From: an uncultured Methanomassiliicoccales archaeon
GTDB taxonomy: Archaea > Thermoplasmatota > Thermoplasmata > Methanomassiliicoccales > Methanomethylophilaceae
NCBI GenBank assembly: GCA_959597175.1
Contig: CAUFXM010000007.1
Location: 6,450-70,449, forward strand
DNA length: 64,000 nt
Direction of reading: 5' to 3'
A model generated the notes under the pieces. It had not been told where the DNA came from. It did not search any database and was given only the letters and a program-made list of their open reading frames with translations. The translations under genes were made by a program, and so were the position numbers. This document shows positions 28,733 to 36,005 of this stretch, in pieces. Every line of letters begins with the position of its first letter. Within the stretch, counting starts at the first letter, position 1.

Positions 28733-30706
28733 CTAGGACAGCACCTCGGGCTCCACCTCGTCCTCTGTGACCATCAACGTCCTCACGGCGTCAAGATCGT
28801 CCTCGGCGGAGCTCACAGCGCGCATGTCGATGGAGAATCTGTCCATCCTCCGCTCCAGGTCCTGCCTGCGGACCGATCTGGAATGTTCCCTGTAGATGCC
28901 TTCCAGCTTCTCGTCCATCCCCTCATGATTCCTCCCGAACGTGCATCTGGAGGGCCATCCCTTCAACCCGAGTTCCCTGTTCACCGCGCGGATGGTGTAT
29001 GCAAGGCACGTCCTCGCGATCCAGGATGCGCCGCTGAGGTTCTTGGGCTTGAGCGCGGGCGTCGCATGGGTTGTGCTCCTGTGGGGCATGTAGTTGAACA
29101 GCGTCGTGTACGATGTCCCCCTCATTCCGATCTCATCGCTGACGATGAACTCGCATCTCGACCACATCCCGCTCAGGAGGACGTTCAAGAGGGTGTCGTA
29201 ATCCGCGTCGGGATCCATGAACCTGCCCATCTTCCCGCCGCACCAGGCGTCCAGCATCCTGGCGGTCATGGTCCCGGGCGACCGGAGGAGCAGCTTCAGC
29301 GTGACGCATCTGTCCAACTGGTTCCACCGCGAGGCATCCGTGCCTTCGGGAGGTCCGATGGCAGGATCCATCATGTGCAGGTCGGCGTAGTCGAGTATGA
29401 CCCTGTCCAGGGTCTCGGCGGGCCATACCCCGTCAGTTGTGTATGCCCTCCTGAGGTTGAGGAGGATGCCCATCACATCCTGGGGCTCGCCCCAGGAATC
29501 GACCAGATCGCAAAGGAGCAGCCACAGGTACCCCTCGTCGGTGCCTCTGAAGACGCCTGCCGCGACCTCGTCCCTCCATGAGAGATAGAAGTCCCTCTGG
29601 GCGGGGGTCATCGTCGAGAACTGGGCCGGCACCGACCCCGATTCCACGTATGGGGCGTTGACCCTGCCGACAGACGTCCTGTTGGACTCCAGGTCCTTGA
29701 AGAACCTGCCGGAGGCCCTGACGTTCCTGAGCCTCCCCTTCGGTGCGACGGAGCCCAGGACCTGGATCTCCGCAGGGGTCGAGGGGGCCTCTGCGAACAC
29801 AGGTTCGTCCCACTGGGTCCATTCCCCCTGAGCCTCCGAGCCGAGGGCGTCCATCGCGATCTGCAGGTCGACGGAGTCCATGGCCTCGATCGGTCCGACG
29901 CCCAGGCCGTCCCAGTCCCAGAACGTGCGTTCGCACACCGCCGCCGCTATACCGAGGAAGGTCGCTCTCCACCGGTCCGTGTCGTATGACCTGTAGCGAA
30001 CGGTGATGCGTTCGGGTCCTGCCAGGTAGGCGAACCCGTCGAAGAGCATGACGTCCTCGGAGCGGTCGTCGGCGATGGCGTCGAAGCCATGGTCGGACAC
30101 CACGGCTCTGGCACACCTTGTGAAGAGGGTGGAGAACGTTGCCCGGTCCGGCACCTCCAGGATCCTCTCGTCTCCGCACATCTCGGCTATCACCGGGACG
30201 TCGATGTCGTTCTGCCTCCTTCCGTTGAGCGCCGAGTGCACCGCGTATCCCCTGAGCCTCCTGCCGGACCACATGAACCTGCAGTCCCAGTCGAGGCCCA
30301 GAAGCAGTGCCAGATCCTTGGACGCGTTGGCGGCCATCACGGACACCGGCGTGCCGCGGAACCTTCCGACCATCCCTGCCACCTCGTCCAGGAGCTTCGA
30401 GGACCCGAAGCCCGCTCCTTCCATGCCGACGGTGTTGGCTATCTCGCAGATCCTGAGCCAGGCGAAGCCCCAGTCCGCGGGGACGTCCTCCCCGGCGTTT
30501 AGCCCCGTTCTCCATGACAGGTACGATTCCAACGTCTCGGGGGACATGTCGGCGTGGTACACGGGCCTGTCGTCAGGTTGGCGGTACCTGCCGGGAGCAA
30601 CCCTCGCATCCCTGTACCTCATGATGTCCGAGAGGAACGAGTCCGGAGGCAGCAGGATGAGCGAACGGCCACGGGCCTCAAGTCTGCGACGGGACTCCGC
30701 ATCCAT
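28733..30706 (-). CDS. TerB-N-like protein with two TerB-N modules (SngA-like); ends at TAG
   Basis: Two copies of ...M(S/T)P....YLSWR....AG.....G(F/Y).WL..C... (nt 30428..30574 and 29489..29656); C-terminus FSIDMRAVSSAEDDLDAVRTLM resembles the start of TerB-C. Confidence 0.6.
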   Translation of the reverse strand: MDAESRRRLEARGRSLILLPPDSFLSDIMRYRDARVAPGRYRQPDDRPVYHADMSPETLESYLSWRTGLNAGEDVPADWGFAWLRICEIANTVGMEGAGFGSSKLLDEVAGMVGRFRGTPVSVMAANASKDLALLLGLDWDCRFMWSGRRLRGYAVHSALNGRRQNDIDVPVIAEMCGDERILEVPDRATFSTLFTRCARAVVSDHGFDAIADDRSEDVMLFDGFAYLAGPERITVRYRSYDTDRWRATFLGIAAAVCERTFWDWDGLGVGPIEAMDSVDLQIAMDALGSEAQGEWTQWDEPVFAEAPSTPAEIQVLGSVAPKGRLRNVRASGRFFKDLESNRTSVGRVNAPYVESGSVPAQFSTMTPAQRDFYLSWRDEVAAGVFRGTDEGYLWLLLCDLVDSWGEPQDVMGILLNLRRAYTTDGVWPAETLDRVILDYADLHMMDPAIGPPEGTDASRWNQLDRCVTLKLLLRSPGTMTARMLDAWCGGKMGRFMDPDADYDTLLNVLLSGMWSRCEFIVSDEIGMRGTSYTTLFNYMPHRSTTHATPALKPKNLSGASWIARTCLAYTIRAVNRELGLKGWPSRCTFGRNHEGMDEKLEGIYREHSRSVRRQDLERRMDRFSIDMRAVSSAEDDLDAVRTLMVTEDEVEPEVLS

Positions 30707-30779
30707 GCGGGTGTAAACGGGGTTCGGTTCTTAGACCCTGTGGGAAACCGTTAAACGCTGCCCCCCGGTTCTCGGCGCC

Positions 30780-31757
30780 ATGACGCCCAAGGACCTTCTG
30801 AAGAGCAGCGCGTTCATGATGTCCATGGCGCTCATTATTGCGCTGCTGACCAATCTTTGCGACGTGTTCCCGGATGCCCTGGATTCGGATCTGAGGTCCA
30901 ACATCACGATACTCCTCCTCGCGGTCATGATGACCCTCTCACTCTCCAGGTACAGGTTCAGCAACCTCAACCCTGTGACGCATTGGAGGTCCGTCCTCAG
31001 GGCGCTCTTCATGGGGCTTGTGCTGTCGTCGATAATCCCCATCGCCGGATACCTCCTGCTTAAGGACACCGAGTACGGGGCCCAGGCGGCCGGGCTGGTG
31101 TTCATCGCCGCCACGCCGTTCGCCGCGTCCGTGGCCCCTCTGTCGTACATCCTGAGGGGAGACATGGAGCATGCCGCCAGAGGCACGGTCTACGTGTACG
31201 TGGTCTCGCTCGTCTGGATCCCGTTCATAGTCTGGGCCACACTGGGAGAGACGGTGGACATCGTGCAGGTCATCGTCTCCGTGGTCGAGGTCATAGGCAT
31301 CCCGCTGGTGGTCTCCAGGCTCCTGACGAGGTTCGAGCTGAGCAGGGACTTCATGGCGGTGTTCATGAACTGCTGCATATTCGTGCTCGTGTGGCTCTCC
31401 GTCGGATCCACCAACTTCTCCATACCCGCCGGGATCCTGGTCGCGTTCGCGGTCATCGCGGCCCTCAGGTCGTTCGGGCTCGGAAACGTCATCGAGGTCG
31501 CGGAGAGGCGTGCCGGGATCCCGTGGGGGCAGAGGGTGGCGGACATCCTCATGGCATCCTACAAGAACAAGGGGATCGCCATCGCCATGTGCGTGGCGAC
31601 GCTCGGGCCGCTCGCCGCCGATGCGATGGTGGCCATCGCCGCATCCATCGTCGTGGAGATCTGCTGGGTCATCTTCATGGACTCCGTCCTGTTCAACAGG
31701 AGGCGCATGGAGAGGGAGATGGCCAGGGACTCCGAGGGGCAGTCTTCCGAAGCCTGA
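30780..31757 (+). CDS. bile acid:sodium symporter (BASS/SBF)-like membrane transporter
   Basis: 325 aa, about 9-10 TM; ATPFAASVAPLSYILRGD resembles BASS signature. Confidence 0.5.
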   Translation: MTPKDLLKSSAFMMSMALIIALLTNLCDVFPDALDSDLRSNITILLLAVMMTLSLSRYRFSNLNPVTHWRSVLRALFMGLVLSSIIPIAGYLLLKDTEYGAQAAGLVFIAATPFAASVAPLSYILRGDMEHAARGTVYVYVVSLVWIPFIVWATLGETVDIVQVIVSVVEVIGIPLVVSRLLTRFELSRDFMAVFMNCCIFVLVWLSVGSTNFSIPAGILVAFAVIAALRSFGLGNVIEVAERRAGIPWGQRVADILMASYKNKGIAIAMCVATLGPLAADAMVAIAASIVVEICWVIFMDSVLFNRRRMEREMARDSEGQSSEA

Positions 31758-31830
31758 GCAGGCATCAAACGGTCCGGAGGGCGTCCCGGACCACTCAACC
31801 CTTAAAGCCTGGCGGGTGGATGCGACCGTC

Positions 31831-32316
31831 ATGGAAGTCTCGATCAGAGGTTACGAGGAGGGGGACATCCCCGCGATGACGGCGATCTGGAACGCCATTG
31901 TTGACGGTGGAATGGCCTTCCCCCAGGAGGATCCGCTGGATCATGAGGGGGCCATAGAGTTCTTCGGCTCACAGACGCACTGCGGAGTGGCCGTGTACGA
32001 CGGGAAGGTCGTCGGCCTGTACATCCTCCATCCCAACAACGTCGGCAGGTGCGGCCACATCTGCAACGCCTCGTACGCAGTCGAGAAGGGGATGAACAAC
32101 AAGGGCGTCGGATCCAGGCTGGTGGAGGACTCCCTCGACGTGGCGGCCCGTCTCGGTTTCAGGATCATGCAGTTCAACGCCGTGGTCCAGGAGAACGCTT
32201 CCGCGATACATCTGTACGAGAAGGAGGGGTTCCACAGGCTCGGGATGATCCCAGGCGGGTTCCGCGGCAAGGACGGGGAGTACAGGACGATCGTGCTGTT
32301 CTATCACGAGCTCTGA
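31831..32316 (+). CDS. GNAT-family N-acetyltransferase
   Basis: ATG 31831 (MEVSIRGYEEGD); ...NKGVGSRLVEDSL...HLYEKEGF acetyl-CoA-binding pattern. Confidence 0.8.
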   Translation: MEVSIRGYEEGDIPAMTAIWNAIVDGGMAFPQEDPLDHEGAIEFFGSQTHCGVAVYDGKVVGLYILHPNNVGRCGHICNASYAVEKGMNNKGVGSRLVEDSLDVAARLGFRIMQFNAVVQENASAIHLYEKEGFHRLGMIPGGFRGKDGEYRTIVLFYHEL

Positions 32317-33457
32317 TACAATGGATTACGCACGTTACGGAAGGAGCCTCATAAGGGCGTTCCTGGCAGGGATGTGCATCTCCATAGGGTGCTGCGTCTA
32401 CCTGGGATGCGATGTGAAGTGGGTGGGTGCTGTCCTGTTCGCAATCGGCCTGATGACCGTGGTGGCATTCAGGCTGGACCTGTACACAGGCAAGGTCGGC
32501 TACATAGTGGAGAACCCGCCGTCCTACCTGTGGTACATGCCCGTCATCATCGTGGGGAACTTCATCGGCTGCCTGGTGACCGGCCTCATGATGCCGATCG
32601 AGTCCGCCCAGACGCTGGTGGACAACAAGCTCGCCCTGGAGTGGTACTCGGTGCTGTTCCGCGGGGTGTTCTGCGGCATGCTGATGTTCATCGCAGTGGA
32701 CTTCTACAAGCAGAGGAACAGCTTCCTGGCCCTTGTCTTCTGCGTGCCCGTGTTCATCCTCGCCGGGTTCGAGCACTCCATAGCGGACATGTTCTACTTC
32801 TGCTCGGCAGGGGAGTACTCGCTGGATGCGCTGGTTTTCATCCTGATCGTGATAGTCGGCAACGGAATCGGCGGGATGCTCATCCCGTTCTGCAGGAAGT
32901 ACATGTACGATCCCGAGCCGCCGGCCCCGTCGCAGTAACCCGGGTCTGGCCCCTTCGGGGAGGACGGCCACGGAGATCCTGGCCATATCCTCGGGGGGCT
33001 CGGCCATCCCGCCCTCCATCCATGCAGACAGGCATCCGAACACCCCGCCCACATGGTAGGCGGCCCTGTAGCGTGGGAGAGGTTCCTCAGGCATGCCGTC
33101 GGGGAAGAACCTTGATTCCAGGACGTCTAGGAGGAGATGGGTCAGGCGGTCGCGCCTGATCATCAGGAGTTCTTCTCTATGGGATGCGAAGCAGGTGAAC
33201 ATCCTGACGAGGTAGTCCTCGGTGGAGACGTCCTCTAGCATCCCTTCCAGGTACTCGTCCATGATCTCGTCAAGGGCGTGGCGGATCATGTCGTCCTTCG
33301 ATGCGAAGTTGCGGTAGCATGTGGTGCGGTTCATCCCTGCCCGCTCGGCAATCTCGGATACCTGCACCTCCCCGTACGGCTTCTCGGACATGAGTGACAG
33401 CAGCGCTCCTGCTATCCTGTCCCTGGTATCGTCCACGGTCTCACCCGCGCGTCTCAT
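32174..33457 (-). CDS. TetR/AcrR-family regulator; TetR-like part is about the first 170 codons (to about 32945), ORF has no stop until 32174
   Basis: ATG 33457; HTH VQVSEIAERAGMNRTTCYRNFASKDDM; after ...PEDMARISVAVL the frame stays open antisense through the whole FNT gene with H/D/R-rich non-protein-like sequence. Confidence 0.6.
   Translation of the reverse strand: MRRAGETVDDTRDRIAGALLSLMSEKPYGEVQVSEIAERAGMNRTTCYRNFASKDDMIRHALDEIMDEYLEGMLEDVSTEDYLVRMFTCFASHREELLMIRRDRLTHLLLDVLESRFFPDGMPEEPLPRYRAAYHVGGVFGCLSAWMEGGMAEPPEDMARISVAVLPEGARPGLLRRGRRLGIVHVLPAERDEHPADSVADYHDQDENQRIQRVLPCRAEVEHVRYGVLEPGEDEHGHAEDKGQEAVPLLVEVHCDEHQHAAEHPAEQHRVPLQGELVVHQRLGGLDRHHEAGHQAADEVPHDDDGHVPQVGRRVLHYVADLACVQVQPECHHGHQADCEQDSTHPLHIASQVDAAPYGDAHPCQERPYEAPSVTCVIHCIRARDRTARSSCTPRPCRGTRLGSSRACGTPPSRTDVSRKRSPGPRR
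32321..32938 (+). CDS. formate/nitrite transporter (FNT)-family protein, short form
   Basis: GFEHSIADM signature, LDLYTGK, 6 predicted TM; 4 nt after GNAT gene. Confidence 0.7.
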   Translation: MDYARYGRSLIRAFLAGMCISIGCCVYLGCDVKWVGAVLFAIGLMTVVAFRLDLYTGKVGYIVENPPSYLWYMPVIIVGNFIGCLVTGLMMPIESAQTLVDNKLALEWYSVLFRGVFCGMLMFIAVDFYKQRNSFLALVFCVPVFILAGFEHSIADMFYFCSAGEYSLDALVFILIVIVGNGIGGMLIPFCRKYMYDPEPPAPSQ

Positions 33458-33478
33458 GATGGGACGATGTTCTGGTAA

Positions 33479-33523
33479 TTTTATATATTTAAGCAACATA
33501 TGTTGCGTGCAACAGATGTTGCA
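33479..33523. promoter_or_regulatory. TATA-like box plus two tandem GCAACA-NN-TGTTGC palindromes (candidate TetR operators)
   Basis: ttttatatattt at 33479..33490; gcaacatatgttgc 33493..33506 (perfect palindrome); gcaacagatgttgc 33509..33522; between divergent TetR (33457) and MBL (33537) starts. Confidence 0.6.
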
Positions 33524-33536
33524 TAGAGGCGACGGC

Positions 33537-34172
33537 ATGATAGAGATGATCCCAACGCTCCACCAGTTCAGCACATACATCCCTACGATGGATTTCACCA
33601 TCCACAGGTACCTCCTGGCCACCGATCCGGCGGTGCTCTTTGCCACCGGTACCCTGGAAGATGCCCGCAGGGAGTTGTCCGAGGTGGAAGGGATCCTGGG
33701 GGACAGGGAGCTGGGATACATCGTCGTCTCCCACATAGAGTCTGACGAGTGCGGCGGGCTCCAGACGTATCTGGACAGGTACCCCGGGGCCGTCGTGCTA
33801 TGCTCACACCTGGGGGCCAGGGAGCTCCCGGGATACGGTTTCCATGGGAACATCAGGGCTGTCTCGCAGGGAGACAGGATCCAGGAGGGGGAGGTCTCCC
33901 TGGCGTTCGCGGACTATCCATCGGAGGTCCATCTGCAGGACGGGATCGTCTGCATAGAGGAGGGTACGGGGGTGCTCTACAGCGCCGACATGTTCCTGTC
34001 CTTTGGCGACGGGCGCGGGAAGACCGAGGATGTCCAATGGGCCGAGGCCGTCGACGGACTCCGCGAGGACAGGATACCGGAGGACAGGCTGGTGGCGCTC
34101 AAGGAGGCACTGCTCCAGATGTCTCCGGCGATCGTCGCGGTGGGCCACGGGACATGTCTGAGGACACGCTGA
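33537..34172 (+). CDS. MBL-fold metallo-hydrolase-like protein
   Basis: ATG 33537 (MIEMIPTLHQF); VVSHIESDECGG (HxxxDxxG-like) and C-terminal GHG; upstream part of ORF 33321.. is antisense to TetR. Confidence 0.55.
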   Translation: MIEMIPTLHQFSTYIPTMDFTIHRYLLATDPAVLFATGTLEDARRELSEVEGILGDRELGYIVVSHIESDECGGLQTYLDRYPGAVVLCSHLGARELPGYGFHGNIRAVSQGDRIQEGEVSLAFADYPSEVHLQDGIVCIEEGTGVLYSADMFLSFGDGRGKTEDVQWAEAVDGLREDRIPEDRLVALKEALLQMSPAIVAVGHGTCLRTR

Positions 34173-34232
34173 CATGATTCCGCTGAGTGTCCGTTCACAG
34201 TCATTAAGAACGCTGCCGTTGATTCGGGACTC

Positions 34233-34736
34233 ATGTCTGATGAGGACTACGCCGGATACACGCCGATAATGGACGAGGAGGAGGTCGAGGACTTCGCGAA
34301 GGCCAACGGGTTCATACTCACAGAGGTGACGGACTTCCTGGCCGACGACGAGGCTCTGGCCATTCTGGGCGACAACACCCCCGAGGACATGGCCGAGTTC
34401 ATGAAGTCCCACGGCATCGACTCGCTGTTCTACGAGTACCAGTACCTGGACGAGAGCGATGCATACGCGATGCCTTTCATGGACGAGATAACCGAGGGCA
34501 TGGACGCGGAGATGTCGGAGGCCGTGGTCGAGGCGTTCGACAGGTGGAACGACGAGGTGGATGAGGCCGATTTCTCACAGCCCGCCCTACTCTATCTCTA
34601 TGCGATATTCCAGGGACGCGTGTTCGGGATCGAGATGTGGAACCCGGACTTCGTGAAGTACCTCGAGGACGATCCGGTCCTTACCTGCCTGTGCGAGTGC
34701 ATAGACGGGATGGACCTGAAGCCCTCGTCCGATTGA
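34233..34736 (+). CDS. highly acidic hypothetical protein
   Basis: 167 aa, 45 D+E versus 6 K+R by hand count; no family recognised. Confidence 0.5.
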   Translation: MSDEDYAGYTPIMDEEEVEDFAKANGFILTEVTDFLADDEALAILGDNTPEDMAEFMKSHGIDSLFYEYQYLDESDAYAMPFMDEITEGMDAEMSEAVVEAFDRWNDEVDEADFSQPALLYLYAIFQGRVFGIEMWNPDFVKYLEDDPVLTCLCECIDGMDLKPSSD

Positions 34737-34756
34737 CATCGTTTTTCAAACTCAAA

Positions 34757-34776
34757 GCCCGGGAGACGTCCCGGGC
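34757..34776 (+). terminator. perfect 8-bp hairpin after acidic-protein gene
   Basis: gcccggga-gacg-tcccgggc. Confidence 0.4.
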
Positions 34777-34902
34777 CCATCTGCTCGTTTCCATTTCTCC
34801 AGTCGGTGTCCGGTTGACGGTCGTAGTCGATGCGAAAACTCCGCCGGCGAATCGAAGGTGACGGAAACCGTGGTGATGGAAGCCGTTGTGAGAAGAGATG
34901 AG

Positions 34903-34977
34903 TGGTCCCAATGAGATTTGAACTCATGACCTTCCGGTTATCAGCCGGACGCTCGAACCAAGCTAAGCTATGGGACC
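34903..34977 (-). tRNA. tRNA-Ile (GAT)
   Basis: Reverse complement GGTCCCATAGCTTAGC...TCCGGCTGATAACCGGA...GAGTTCAAATCTC...TGGGACCA; TATA-like atttatatg about 30 nt upstream. Confidence 0.9.
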
Positions 34978-35064
34978 GATATACCCCAGCATAAAGAGGT
35001 GACATATAAATCTTTCTGAACATGTGCGGTATGTCTGGCATACCCGTTTATAACGTCCGAAACC

Positions 35065-35550
35065 ATGGCCGATGTCATGGACCCAGTGTACCGGGAGAGC
35101 CGTCCCGTGATGCCAAGGAATCTGACCATCCTGGTCGCCGTAGTTCTCCTGGCGACAGTAGCATTCATGTTGTTCTCGGACGCATTCCTCGGGACCGACA
35201 CCCCATCCTGGATGCCGATCGTGACCGCGGTGGTCTTCGTGGTCCTGATCGTCGTGTTCCTGTTCGCGAGACTGGATCTTGAGATCTACGGGGACAGGGT
35301 CGAGATCAGGTACATCCTCAGGCGTGTGACAATCGGTGCAGGGGAGATCATCGATGTCCGTCACGGGGACCTCACCGCGATCCGCAACTACGCCAACTGG
35401 AACCTCAAGGGGGTCAAGCACCGTACGTACTCCCGTGTGGGGGACGAGGGCGGGGTGGCGATGAAGGTCACCGGGAAGAGGGTGTTCGTCGTCTCGTCCG
35501 AGGACCCTGAGACGGTCGCCGGGATGATCCCCGGCGAGAGGGAGGAGTGA
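35065..35550 (+). CDS. hypothetical membrane protein (2 TM + soluble C-domain)
   Basis: Two hydrophobic helices then about 90-aa domain; no family recognised. Confidence 0.5.
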   Translation: MADVMDPVYRESRPVMPRNLTILVAVVLLATVAFMLFSDAFLGTDTPSWMPIVTAVVFVVLIVVFLFARLDLEIYGDRVEIRYILRRVTIGAGEIIDVRHGDLTAIRNYANWNLKGVKHRTYSRVGDEGGVAMKVTGKRVFVVSSEDPETVAGMIPGEREE

Positions 35551-36005
35551 CCGTGCCGGCCACCACTTTCCACTGGATAAGGGTGCAGACTTTCTGCTAC
35601 GCCACCGAGAGGAAGGAGCTGCTGGAGGATGTGATGGAGGACCTCCTGGGCGAGGCCGACTACTCCGAGGAGCCAACCGAGAGCGAGCACGGCAACGTCA
35701 TGACGATCCTGGAGGCCAGGCTCACCAAGCAGCGGCAGTACCGGGAACTGTTCGAGAGACTGGGGCCCGAGATCCGCGGATGGATCGTCTCGGACATCGA
35801 CAACCGTGTGGACGAGGACTGCGTCTTCTACATCAGGCTTGACAAGCAGAAGGCCGTGGGCGGCGTCTACGAGATCGCCCACCACGGCGACGTCATCGCC
35901 GTGACCGGAAAGGTCCAGGCCCATCCGGCGAGGAAGGAGGTGGCAGAGAGGGTGCTGACGGAGTTCCTGTCGTCCCTTCAGTCGCACTCCGGGGGCTCCT
36001 CCTGA
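35547..36005 (+). CDS. DUF54/COG1325-like RNA-binding protein (predicted exosome-associated)
   Basis: GTG start overlapping upstream stop; 152 aa; overall resemblance only. Confidence 0.4.
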   Translation: MTVPATTFHWIRVQTFCYATERKELLEDVMEDLLGEADYSEEPTESEHGNVMTILEARLTKQRQYRELFERLGPEIRGWIVSDIDNRVDEDCVFYIRLDKQKAVGGVYEIAHHGDVIAVTGKVQAHPARKEVAERVLTEFLSSLQSHSGGSS

